NCBI GenBank assembly: GCA_036493295.1
Contig: DASXQB010000226.1
Span: forward strand, 1 to 56,598
Origin: Polyangia bacterium
GTDB lineage: Bacteria > Myxococcota_A > Polyangia > Fen-1088
Direction of reading: 5' to 3'
DNA length: 56,598 bases
In this document: positions 36,757-45,576 of the stretch, one piece after another
Position numbering within the stretch: the first letter of the stretch is position 1
How the letters are laid out: the number at the start of each line of letters is the position of its first letter
Program-made: the position numbers and the translations under genes
Notes under the pieces: generated by a model
Databases searched by the model: none
Told to the model about the DNA's origin: nothing
What the model saw: the letters and a program-made list of their open reading frames with translations, nothing else

Positions 36757-37857
36757 ATGCTGCACGCCACCGACGACCTGCGCATCGAGAAGATCCGCCC
36801 GCTGATCCCGCCCGCCATCCTGATGGAGGATCTGCCGCTGTCCGAGTCGGCGTCGACGACGGTGGCGGAAAGCCGCGACTCCATCGCCCGCTGCCTGCGC
36901 GGCCGCGACGACCGGCTGGTGGTGGTGGTCGGCCCGTGCTCGATCCACGACGTGGGCGCCGCCCGCGAGTACGCCCAGCGTCTGCGCGGTCTGCTGCCCG
37001 AGATCTCGGACGCCTTGTGCGTGGTGATGCGCGTGTACTTTGAAAAACCGCGCACCACCGTCGGCTGGAAGGGCCTCATCAACGACCCGCACCTGGACGG
37101 CACCTTCAAGGTCAACGACGGCCTGCACCTGGCGCGCAGCCTGCTGCTTGATCTGGCCGAGCTGGGCCTGCCTTCCGGTTGCGAATTCCTGGACACCATC
37201 ACCCCGCAGTACATCGCCGACCTGGTCAGCTGGGGCGCCATCGGCGCGCGCACCACCGAAAGCCAGGTCCACCGCGAACTGGCCTCCGGCCTGTCGGTGC
37301 CGGTCGGTTTCAAGAACGGCACCGACGGCAACATCCAGATCGCCATCGACGCCGTTCACGCCGCCAGCCACCCGCACCAGTTCCTGTCGGTGACCAAGCA
37401 AGGCCTGTCCGCCATCGTGGCCACGCGCGGAAACCCCGACTGTCACATCATCCTGCGCGGGTCCAGCAAAGGACCGAACTTTGAGGCCGAACCGGTGGCC
37501 AAGGCCATCGCCGAGCTGACCAAGGCCGGCCTGCCGCCGCAGTTGATGATCGACTGCAGCCACGGCAACAGCCGCAAGGATCCGAAGAACCAGCCGGCGG
37601 TGGCGCGCGACATCGCCGAGCAGATGCGCGCCGGCTCGCGATCGATCACCGGGGTGATGATCGAGAGCCACCTGGTGGGCGGGCGCCAGGATCGCGCGCC
37701 CGGGCGCCAGCTGACCTACGGACAAAGCATCACCGACGCCTGTCTTGCCTGGGACGACACCGTGCCCACGCTGCACCTGCTGGCCGCCGCCGTTCGCGAG
37801 CGGCGCGCCGCCGGCAAGGTCACGACACCCGCCAGCGCCGCGTCAGGCGCGCGCTGA
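36757..37857 (+). CDS. aroG: 3-deoxy-7-phosphoheptulonate (DAHP) synthase, class I
   Basis: Motifs DDLRIEKIRPLIPPAIL, DDRLVVVVGPCSIHD and VMRVYFEKPRTTVGWKGLINDP. The isozyme (aroF/G/H) cannot be told from sequence alone. Confidence 0.92.
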   Translation: MLHATDDLRIEKIRPLIPPAILMEDLPLSESASTTVAESRDSIARCLRGRDDRLVVVVGPCSIHDVGAAREYAQRLRGLLPEISDALCVVMRVYFEKPRTTVGWKGLINDPHLDGTFKVNDGLHLARSLLLDLAELGLPSGCEFLDTITPQYIADLVSWGAIGARTTESQVHRELASGLSVPVGFKNGTDGNIQIAIDAVHAASHPHQFLSVTKQGLSAIVATRGNPDCHIILRGSSKGPNFEAEPVAKAIAELTKAGLPPQLMIDCSHGNSRKDPKNQPAVARDIAEQMRAGSRSITGVMIESHLVGGRQDRAPGRQLTYGQSITDACLAWDDTVPTLHLLAAAVRERRAAGKVTTPASAASGAR

Positions 37858-37903
37858 TTCGCTTCGCTTGTTTTCCCCTGACGCCCACCCGAGGAGGCCC
37901 GCG

Positions 37904-38407
37904 ATGAAACGGCGACTGCGCGACACCATCCTGCTTTCCGTGATCGGCCTGGCGCTGACCACCTCTCTCGGATGTTACGGCCACTTCAAGCTGGTCAATG
38001 CGGTTCGCGATTTCAACGAAGGCGTCGGGCCCAACCGGGTGATGCGCAGCCTGGTGATGTGGGGCCTGGTGATCATCCCGGTGTACGAATTCGCCTGGCT
38101 GGGCGATGTGCTGGTGTTCAACGTGATCGAATTTTTCAACGGCGACCCGGCCGGTACCGCCGGACCGTCGACGACCGCCGCCGAAAAGCGGCAAACACTG
38201 CCCGACGGCACGAAGGTGCGCATCGCCCGCGTCTCGGCCGACACGGTTCGCATTCGCCACACCGACGCCGCCGGCCGCGACCAGGCGGTGGACATCGTCA
38301 AGGTCGGCGACCGCGCCGGCTACGTGCGCCGCCCGGGCGGCGCCATCGTCGGCACCGTCGAGCAGTTGCCCGACGGTCGATTGATGGAAACGCCGGCAGG
38401 CCGGTGA
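37904..38407 (+). CDS. DUF3332-like lipoprotein
   Basis: SD GAGGAGG at 37891-37897. Lipobox LALTTSLGCYG. Motifs FKLVNAVRDFNEGV and IIPVYEFAWLGDVLVFNVIEFFNG. Confidence 0.7.
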   Translation: MKRRLRDTILLSVIGLALTTSLGCYGHFKLVNAVRDFNEGVGPNRVMRSLVMWGLVIIPVYEFAWLGDVLVFNVIEFFNGDPAGTAGPSTTAAEKRQTLPDGTKVRIARVSADTVRIRHTDAAGRDQAVDIVKVGDRAGYVRRPGGAIVGTVEQLPDGRLMETPAGR

Positions 38408-38413
38408 TCGCCG

Positions 38414-39310
38414 ATGGCTGATCCGACCGTGACCGCCGCCGGCGCCGCAACCGACCAGCCGGTCACCGCCACGCTGCTGGTCAGCTGCCGCGACCGCACT
38501 GGCCTGGTGGCGACGCTGTCGGATTTTGTCTTTCGCAACGACGGCAACATCGTCGACGCCGATCAGCACGCCGACCGGGAGACCGGACTGTTCTTCATGC
38601 GACTGGTCTGGGACCTGGCTCAGTTTCGCCTGCCGCGCGCCCAGCTGGACGGCGCGCTGGCCGAGATCGCCCGTCGTTTTGACCTGACCTGGGAGCTGAC
38701 GTTTTCCGATATCCGGCCGCGGGTGGCCATTTTTTGCAGCACGCTGCCACACTGTCTTTATGATCTGCTGCTGTCGCACCAGCTGGACGAGCTGGGCGGG
38801 GCGCTGGCGCTGGTGGTCTCGAACCATGACGTGCTGGCGCCGGTGGCGGGCCACTTCGGCGTCCCGTTTCAGAAGATCCCCGTCGAGCCCGGGCGCAAGG
38901 ACGTCGCCGAGGCCCAGCAGCAAGAGCTTCTGGATCAGCATCGCGTCGACCTGATCGTGCTTGCCCGGTACATGCAGATCCTGTCGCCGGCCTTTGCCGA
39001 TCGCTGGTCGCGGCGGATCATCAACATCCACCATTCGTTCCTGCCGGCGTTCATCGGGGCGCGGCCGTATCACCAGGCGCAAGAGCGTGGTGTGAAGGTC
39101 ATCGGCGCCACTGCCCACTACGTCACCAGCGACCTGGACCAAGGCCCGATCATCGAACAGGACGTCTGCCGGGTCAGTCACCGCGACGACGTGGACAACC
39201 TGATCCAGAAAGGCCGCGAGCTGGAACGCCAGGTGTTGACGCGAGCCGTGCGCAGCCACCTGCAGCGTCGCGTGCTGGTCTCGGGCAACCGGACGATTGT
39301 TTTCGCCTGA
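38414..39310 (+). CDS. purU: formyltetrahydrofolate deformylase
   Basis: ACT-like N-terminus (LLVSCRDRTGLVATLSDFV). Formyltransferase core INIHHSFLPAFIGARPYHQA and GATAHYVTSDLDQGPIIEQ. Confidence 0.93.
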   Translation: MADPTVTAAGAATDQPVTATLLVSCRDRTGLVATLSDFVFRNDGNIVDADQHADRETGLFFMRLVWDLAQFRLPRAQLDGALAEIARRFDLTWELTFSDIRPRVAIFCSTLPHCLYDLLLSHQLDELGGALALVVSNHDVLAPVAGHFGVPFQKIPVEPGRKDVAEAQQQELLDQHRVDLIVLARYMQILSPAFADRWSRRIINIHHSFLPAFIGARPYHQAQERGVKVIGATAHYVTSDLDQGPIIEQDVCRVSHRDDVDNLIQKGRELERQVLTRAVRSHLQRRVLVSGNRTIVFA

Positions 39311-40081
39311 TCAGCCGCTGCCCAGGTCGGCGCGCGCTTGTTTCAAAAGTGCGATCACGGCGCGGCGCACATCCTCGGGCGTGCTGACGGGTTCGGGAAA
39401 ATCAAAGCGCAGGCGATCGCCGGCGGTCTCGACATCCAGGCCGTGGGCGTCGACGCCGACCATGCGGGCCCCCGCGGCGTCTTGTCCGGCCGCGCGGCAG
39501 TAGGTGACCAGCGCATCGGCGTGGTCGTGGTTCATATGCGCGCAGATCCCGGCGGCATCGGCGCGCAGCGGATCGTCGTCGGGCACACGCCGCACCGCCG
39601 CGCCATCCAGCCACGAGATGCGACCGAACCCGGCGATGAGGCGCAGCTCCTCGACGGCCAGTTCCCACAGCTGGAAGTCGTGGGTCCGAAAATAGCCGCG
39701 GGCTTGCGGATGCCGAGCCAGGTAACGCGCACGGGCGTCTGCTTTTTCGGACTCGGCGACGCGCGCCGCCACGCCCAGCAGGGACACCCGCCCACCCGCC
39801 TGCGGGTCGTCGGCCGCCGCTTGATCGCCGACGTACAAGCTGGCGCGCGGATCGGCCAGCAGATTCTTGGTGTGCGCCGCCAACGTGCTGATCAAGATGA
39901 TCGGCTGCCCGCGCACCGACGGTGCGTACGGCGTCACGGATCCATATGGATAGCCGGCGCGGTGCACGGAGATCGTCGACAAAACGCCGGTGCGCTGGCC
40001 GTCGATAAGATTCCGAGCCGCGCGCGGCAGACTGTCGGTCGGGTTGGGCTTGGGATCGGTCATGCCGGCGTCGACGTGCAT
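39311..40081 (-). CDS. HugZ-like / pyridoxamine 5'-phosphate oxidase-fold protein with DUF2470-like C-terminus
   Basis: Motifs GVLSTIS..GYPYGSVTPYA, PIILISTLAAHTKNLLADPRASL and YLARHPQARGYFRTHDFQLWEL. C-terminal ICAHMNHDHADAL. Alternative ATG at 40063. Confidence 0.75.
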   Translation of the reverse strand: MHVDAGMTDPKPNPTDSLPRAARNLIDGQRTGVLSTISVHRAGYPYGSVTPYAPSVRGQPIILISTLAAHTKNLLADPRASLYVGDQAAADDPQAGGRVSLLGVAARVAESEKADARARYLARHPQARGYFRTHDFQLWELAVEELRLIAGFGRISWLDGAAVRRVPDDDPLRADAAGICAHMNHDHADALVTYCRAAGQDAAGARMVGVDAHGLDVETAGDRLRFDFPEPVSTPEDVRRAVIALLKQARADLGSG

Positions 40082-40201
40082 CTTACCCGCGCGCGACGAT
40101 CGACGCGTCCTGAGTTGAACATGCGTCAGAATTTGCGGCAAACAAGCGAGTGTGTTCTGTAATACTGAAACCACAGCTTCGAAGATCGCTGTTCCTCAGT
40201 C

Positions 40202-40229
40202 TTGCTCTCAGCTCAGACTTACGTAAATT
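40202..40229 (+). promoter_or_regulatory. sigma-70-type promoter candidate (TTGCTC-N16-TAAATT)
   Basis: It lies in the AT-richer divergent gap 40082-40235. The -10 ends only 6 nt before the first possible start (GTG 40236), so either the mRNA is leaderless or the true start is downstream. Confidence 0.3.
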
Positions 40230-40235
40230 CACTGT

Positions 40236-40541
40236 GTGTCGTTAGCCATCGTCAGCCCTCGCACCGATGCCGACCGGACGGCTCTGGTCGGGCGCGCGGG
40301 CGTGGTCGATTCGACCATCGGCACGTCCGTGACCCCCGTCGAGGTGGTCGACGTGACGTTCGAGCCGGTGGTGCCCACGGCCCTGGCGGCTCGTCCGGCA
40401 ATCGCCAGCGAGGACGATGGACGCCTGGACACGATCATGACGCTGGAAAGCGAACGCCGGGCCGAGCTGGGCGGATACAACCACCGCCACACCGACGGCG
40501 ATTGTCCGATCTGCCGGCGCGCCGTCGCCGCCTATCGTTGA
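40236..40541 (+). CDS. hypothetical small protein (up to 101 aa; start uncertain)
   Basis: GC3 in this frame is about 83% (hand count), which is strongly coding-like. C-terminal HRHTDGDCPICRR. It ends 16 nt before the ABC ATPase gene. An internal GAGGTGG-N6-GTG is an alternative start. Confidence 0.45.
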   Translation: MSLAIVSPRTDADRTALVGRAGVVDSTIGTSVTPVEVVDVTFEPVVPTALAARPAIASEDDGRLDTIMTLESERRAELGGYNHRHTDGDCPICRRAVAAYR

Positions 40542-40557
40542 GGCGGAAGACCGGTCG

Positions 40558-41538
40558 TTGGAAAGTCCCGCCATCGCTTGCCAGTCCCTGCGCAAGGTCT
40601 ATCCCGGCAACGGGCGGGGCGGCGCGAACGCGCCGGTGGTGGCCGTCGACCAAATCGACCTGCAGGTCGCGCGCGGCGAGTGCTTTGGTTTGCTGGGACC
40701 GAACGGCGCCGGCAAGACCACCACCGTCGAAATTCTGGAGGGCCTGAACGAGCCAACCAGCGGCGCGGTGCAACTGTTCGGCTTATCGTGGCGGCAGCAG
40801 GGCGATCAAATTCGCCAGCGCATCGGCGTGGCGTTGCAGGAGACACGGCTGTCCGAAAAGCTGTCGGTGGCCGAGACGCTGGAGCTGTTTCGCAGCTTCT
40901 ACCGCCGGCCACGATCGCTGGACGCGTTGCTGGACGCGGTTCAATTGCAGGAAAAACGAACCGCGTGGGTGGGCAAGCTGTCCGGCGGGCAGAAGCAGCG
41001 GCTGGCCCTGGCGTGCGCGCTGATCGGCGATCCGGAGATCTTGTTTCTCGACGAGCCGACCACCGGTCTGGATCCGCAGTCGCGCCGGCAGGTGTGGCAA
41101 CTGGTGAATGACTACCGCGCCGGTGGCGGCACGGTCCTGCTGACCACGCACTACATGGAAGAGGCCGAGCGGCTGTGCGATCGGGTGGCCATCGTCGATC
41201 GCGGGCGGATCATCAGCGAGGGCTCGCCGCGGGCGCTGATCGCCGCGCTGGGTGCCGACCATGTGATCGAGTTCGACGTGGGGGCGACGACCGGGACGGG
41301 ATCAAACGCGGGCGAGCGCGATCTGGGTCCAACGCTGGAAGCGCTGCCGGCGGTGACGTCGGTGCGGCGCGAGGCGGCAAGCTGGGTGTTGGTGTCCAGC
41401 GAGCCGCACCGGGCGTTGCCGGCCTTGATCGCGGCGCTGCAGTCGCTGAGCATCCCTCTCGAACGCGTGGCCACGCGACAGGCGACTCTGGAAGACGTGT
41501 TCGTCGCGCTGACCGGGCGATCGCTGCGCGAGGACTGA
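40558..41538 (+). CDS. ABC transporter ATP-binding protein (ABC-2/DrrA-like)
   Basis: Walker A GPNGAGKTT, signature LSGGQKQRL, Walker B ILFLDEPTTGLD, H-loop TTHYMEEA. C-terminal regulatory extension. TTG start at 40558. Confidence 0.88.
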   Translation: MESPAIACQSLRKVYPGNGRGGANAPVVAVDQIDLQVARGECFGLLGPNGAGKTTTVEILEGLNEPTSGAVQLFGLSWRQQGDQIRQRIGVALQETRLSEKLSVAETLELFRSFYRRPRSLDALLDAVQLQEKRTAWVGKLSGGQKQRLALACALIGDPEILFLDEPTTGLDPQSRRQVWQLVNDYRAGGGTVLLTTHYMEEAERLCDRVAIVDRGRIISEGSPRALIAALGADHVIEFDVGATTGTGSNAGERDLGPTLEALPAVTSVRREAASWVLVSSEPHRALPALIAALQSLSIPLERVATRQATLEDVFVALTGRSLRED

Positions 41539-41547
41539 CCGGGCAGC

Positions 41548-43656
41548 TCAGGTCTGGCTGCGCAGATTGTCCTGCCAGGGCGACTGCACGCCGCTGTCGC
41601 ACAACCAGAAGAACAGCGCCCGCTGCTCCAGATACTCGAGGGTGGCGATCTCCACCAGCACGGGCGACATGGCGTCGATGGCGGTGCCTTCCCATTCGAA
41701 GCCCGGGATGTTCTGGGTCAACGCGCGCAGGCCGGAGGTGGTGATCTTGTCGCGGCAACGCCACAGGTGCTGCACGGTCATCGCCGCCGCCTGACCGAAG
41801 GTGGCGGGGGGATTCAGTTCGGTCGGCAGGGCGATGCGATTGAGGCCCGCGCTCCAGCACAGCCAGCACAAGCTGTTCCATTCGCGGCGGGCCGCCCGCA
41901 TCAGCGACGGCAACGAATCGCGCGCCAGCGGGAGTTGTTCGTCAACCTTGACCAGCGTCGGTTGCGGCTCGGCCGTCGCTGGCTTGGCGGCGGCGGTGGC
42001 GCCGTCTTCTTCGTCGTCGACGACGATCTCCTCGAACTCCCACTGCTCCAGCGCCACCGGGCCGTCCGGTAGCAGCGCTGAAAGATCGGGCAGCAGCCAC
42101 GGCCGCGGGTGTTTGCCATCGGCGCGCAACAGCTCGGCGGTGGCCTGGCGAATGGCCATCAAGCGGGTGGCGAACTTTTGAATCGTCGCGCGAACGGCGG
42201 CCAGATCCTGATCGGGTTTGTCGGGCACTTCGCTGTACAACGTCTCGATGGTGCGGCGGGCGGGCCAGAAATCGAACACCGGGAACAAGGCGCGGCCGTA
42301 TCCGAGCAGGAACGCGCGTTGTTCTTCCCATTCGGCGGGCAGGCTTTCGGCGTCGATGCGCGCGGCGATGGGGTGGCCGCGGTGCAATTCCAACAGGGCG
42401 CGCGTGACCTTCCCTTCGTGCAGCGTCGGGTCAAGCAGCAGCGCCGCGCTGACCAGATCCATCGAGACGTCGTCGGCGCCGTCACGGGCGGCGGCGATGG
42501 CGCGCAGAAGCTGGGGCGCATGGCCGCCGCGCCCGAAACCGTTCGCCAGCAGGGGCAGCTCACCGTTGGCGACCTTCATCATCTCAACCGCAAGCTCGCT
42601 GGCGGCCTGGTTGGTGAGGGGCAGCTGCAACCCGGACAGCCGCAGGCGCAGTTCGTCCGCTGATCGCGCGTCGGACGCGGCGCGCGCCGCCGCCAGCACC
42701 GATTCGCCCGTGCGCCCTTGCGATTCCAGCGTGTCGGCCAGGGCCAGCCAGCGGTCTGTGTCGGTGGCCGCGGGATCAGCGCTGACGGGCGGTTCGGCGG
42801 CCAGCGCGGGCGACTGGGCCAGCTCTTCTTTTGTGCCCGCCACGCCCAGATTCAGGCGCCGCACCTCCGTGCCGTTTTCGTCGTGCAGCGTCCACGGGCC
42901 CACCGCCTGATCGCGGTCGAACGCGCCGCGCTCCTCGGTGATGCGGCTGTTGGTGAAGATGCCGGGCGAAAGATTTGTGCGGCGGTACACGCCGTCGCGC
43001 TTGCCGGCACGAAACCATGATTCTTCCAGCAGCGTGCCGTCGGCCCGAAACCGTTGCCACAGACCCTGCGCCAGGCCCGTGTCGTATTCGTCGCGCTCCA
43101 GCAGGACGCCGTCGCGTGCCCAGCGCATCCACACGCCGTGGGCGTGCGCGTTCTCTGTGTAGGCCCCGACCAGCCAGCGATCGCTGTGCTCGTCGAAGCG
43201 CGCGGCGGCTATCACCGACGAGGGGCGGGGCGGAAACGGCTTGCCGCTGGGCAGGATGTGGGCGCCGCTGCGATCGTACCAGCGCTGCTCGACGAACGAT
43301 CCCTGGTCGTAATCAAGCTGCATCCGCCAAGCGCCCATCGGCACGCAGCACACTTGCAACGGTTCGGTGGTGGGTGCGTCGCAGCCGTGCACGGTGACCG
43401 TGCCGTGCGGCTTGCCGCCTTCGTACGGCGTTTCGCGGGCCAGCGATCCGTCCGGGTGATAGAGGCGGGCGATCCCTTCGGCGGCGTCCCCGCGATAGGT
43501 GGTCTCCGAACGCAAGGTCCCGTCGCCGCGCCAGCCGCGGGTCAGGCCATGGCGGCGGCCTTGATCGTCGGTGTCGCTCACCTGCCATTCGTTAGCCTTC
43601 TCGACCCAGACCGCGGCGGCGGGGACTTCGGCGGGACGCTGCTCTGATCCAGCCAT
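41548..43656 (-). CDS. MORN-variant (YwqK-like) repeat protein with large uncharacterised C-terminal region
   Basis: N-terminal repeats of the type G.W..W..DG.L..E..Y..G...G (GWRGDGTLRSETTYRGDAAEG, YHPDGSLARETPYEGGKPHG, WARDGVLLERDEYDTGLAQG, FRADGTLLEESWFRAGKRDG). About 430 aa of unknown fold follow. Confidence 0.6.
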   Translation of the reverse strand: MAGSEQRPAEVPAAAVWVEKANEWQVSDTDDQGRRHGLTRGWRGDGTLRSETTYRGDAAEGIARLYHPDGSLARETPYEGGKPHGTVTVHGCDAPTTEPLQVCCVPMGAWRMQLDYDQGSFVEQRWYDRSGAHILPSGKPFPPRPSSVIAAARFDEHSDRWLVGAYTENAHAHGVWMRWARDGVLLERDEYDTGLAQGLWQRFRADGTLLEESWFRAGKRDGVYRRTNLSPGIFTNSRITEERGAFDRDQAVGPWTLHDENGTEVRRLNLGVAGTKEELAQSPALAAEPPVSADPAATDTDRWLALADTLESQGRTGESVLAAARAASDARSADELRLRLSGLQLPLTNQAASELAVEMMKVANGELPLLANGFGRGGHAPQLLRAIAAARDGADDVSMDLVSAALLLDPTLHEGKVTRALLELHRGHPIAARIDAESLPAEWEEQRAFLLGYGRALFPVFDFWPARRTIETLYSEVPDKPDQDLAAVRATIQKFATRLMAIRQATAELLRADGKHPRPWLLPDLSALLPDGPVALEQWEFEEIVVDDEEDGATAAAKPATAEPQPTLVKVDEQLPLARDSLPSLMRAARREWNSLCWLCWSAGLNRIALPTELNPPATFGQAAAMTVQHLWRCRDKITTSGLRALTQNIPGFEWEGTAIDAMSPVLVEIATLEYLEQRALFFWLCDSGVQSPWQDNLRSQT

Positions 43657-43705
43657 GGGGCAAAGATAGCGTGAAATCCCGGCTCCGGCGCGAAAAGCCG
43701 GGCGG

Positions 43706-43930
43706 TCAGTTCATGTCGGGATCATCGCCGTCAGAATCGCGCGGCATCCCGGCGGGCAGACCACTGTCCATGTCCTCTTCCGAGACGGGCGCCGAGATCC
43801 GATAGCTGGCGTTCAACCAGTTGCCGAGATCGGCAGAGCGGCAGCGCGCCGAACAGAAAGGATGGTATGGGCGGGCAGCGGCTCCCTCATCCAATGGTTT
43901 GCGACAGGTGGGGCAATTTCTTCCAGCCAC
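43706..43930 (-). CDS. yacG: DNA gyrase inhibitor YacG (zinc finger)
   Basis: CPTC...PFCSARCRSADLGNWL matches the YacG C4 zinc-finger pattern. GTG start. Confidence 0.85.
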   Translation of the reverse strand: MAGRNCPTCRKPLDEGAAARPYHPFCSARCRSADLGNWLNASYRISAPVSEEDMDSGLPAGMPRDSDGDDPDMN

Positions 43931-44117
43931 CCTGCAAAGATAGGTGGGACCGATTCATCCGTCCAGTGACGGCCTGCGCCACCTGGGCCTCCGGAAAATA
44001 TCCGACAAAAGCGCGCCGTCGAAGGTTGTGGAAACGAATTTGGAAGGGTAAAAGTACCGGGATCATGGCCAGGGGGGCGATCTTTCCACGCGCATTCGGC
44101 GCGTTTTACGGTCGATC

Positions 44118-45497
44118 GTGACCGAGACGGCGTCCCCGCCTGGGACCTCCGAGGCCGATCGCCGCCGGGCCGCCGCGCTGGAGCGTTACGCGATCCTGGG
44201 AAGCCCCGCCGAGCCAGCCTTCGATCGTCTGTGTCAGGCGGCGGCCAAGCTTCTGCGCACGCCATCGGCGGTGGTGGTGTTCGCGGACGGCGCGGGTGGC
44301 TGGTACAAATCGTGTTGCGGGTTCCGCCAGCCGCAGACCGGCGGCGGAACCACGCTGTTCGAAGCGACCATCGATCAGGACGGCGTGCTGCTGCTTGAAG
44401 ACGCGGCCAGCGATTCGCGGTTTCGCAACGACGGATGGGTCCGCGGTGCACCGGGGGTGCGGTTTTTCGCCGGCGCGCCGTTGCGCACGCCGGAGGGCGT
44501 GAACGTGGGCACGCTGGCGGTGTTCGATTCACAACCGCGCGCGCCGTCGGAGATGGACTGCGAAGCGCTGCTGACCCTGGCGGCGGTGGTGATGGACGAG
44601 GCCGAGCTGCGGGCCGGCGCCGGCCATCGCGAGAGCGGACGCGCCGAGACCAGCAGCGCGCAGGAAGAACGGTTGGCCTCGCTGGGCACGCTGGCAGCGG
44701 GAGTGGCGCACGAGATCAACAACCCGCTGACGTACGTCCTGGCCAACGTCGGCTTCGTCGCCGATCGCCTGGACCGCATGGGCCGCAGCTTGCCGTCGGG
44801 CGTGACGCTGAAGTGGGCCGATGAACTGGGCGAGCTGGGCGCCGCGCTGGCCGAGGCGCACGAAGGCGCGCTGCGCGTGCGGCGCATCGTGCGCGATCTG
44901 CGCATCCTTTCGCAGAACGACGAAGAAAAGTCGGTCGCCGTCGATCTGCATCGCGCGCTGGAGTCGGCGATCACCGTGGCGCTGAACGAGATCGGCCCGC
45001 GCGCGCGGCTGGTCCGTCAGTTCGGCCCGGTGCCACCGGTCGACGCCAATGAGGCGCGGCTGGCCCAGTTGTTCTTGAACCTGTTGGTGAACGCCGCGCA
45101 GGCCATTCGTTCCGGCGCTCCCGCCGCCAGCGGATCGAACGGCAACGAGATCCGCGTCAGCACGGAGACCGACGCCGCCGGCCGCGCGGTGGTTCGCGTG
45201 CAGGACACTGGCAGCGGAATTGCCGGCGACGCCATCGGGCGGGTGTTCGATCCGTTCTTCACCACCAAGCCCCTGGGCGGCGGCCTGGGATTGGGTTTGT
45301 TCGTCTGTCACGGAATCGTCAAGGCGCTGGGTGGCGACATCGGCGTCGACAGCGCGCCCGGGCAAGGCACCACCTTTCGCGTGACGTTGCCCGCCAGCGA
45401 GCACGCCGCTGCCGAACCGTGCGCCGACGACGGCACTTCGGAACACACGCCGACACCCGGCGACGGCCCGTCGCGTCCGGTCTCTCCCACAAAGTAG
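44118..45497 (+). CDS. GAF-domain sensor histidine kinase
   Basis: GAF-type N-terminus (ERYAILGSPAEPAFDRLCQAAAKLL...FFAGAPLRTPEGVNVGTL). H-box GVAHEINNPL. N-box LLVNAAQA. G-boxes DTGSGI and GGGLGLGLFVCHGIV. Confidence 0.88.
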   Translation: MTETASPPGTSEADRRRAAALERYAILGSPAEPAFDRLCQAAAKLLRTPSAVVVFADGAGGWYKSCCGFRQPQTGGGTTLFEATIDQDGVLLLEDAASDSRFRNDGWVRGAPGVRFFAGAPLRTPEGVNVGTLAVFDSQPRAPSEMDCEALLTLAAVVMDEAELRAGAGHRESGRAETSSAQEERLASLGTLAAGVAHEINNPLTYVLANVGFVADRLDRMGRSLPSGVTLKWADELGELGAALAEAHEGALRVRRIVRDLRILSQNDEEKSVAVDLHRALESAITVALNEIGPRARLVRQFGPVPPVDANEARLAQLFLNLLVNAAQAIRSGAPAASGSNGNEIRVSTETDAAGRAVVRVQDTGSGIAGDAIGRVFDPFFTTKPLGGGLGLGLFVCHGIVKALGGDIGVDSAPGQGTTFRVTLPASEHAAAEPCADDGTSEHTPTPGDGPSRPVSPTK

Positions 45498-45576
45498 GCA
45501 GAGAGATCGCGCGGCCCCGCGCGCGCAAGCGGATTCCGTGGCCGGTTTCGGGTAGAAAGAAACCCGCTTGGCGAAG

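Noticed and set aside
36631-37776. Bulk of the 444-aa minus ORF 36442..37776
   Set aside because: It is antisense to the DAHP synthase gene. Only the terminal 62 codons fall in an intergenic gap, and I kept those as a low-confidence feature.
40202-40747. 181-aa plus ORF overlapping the small ORF and the ABC ATPase start
   Set aside because: The translation is Arg/Gly-rich. The other two frames show, respectively, high GC3 with a sensible stop and a canonical ABC ATPase.
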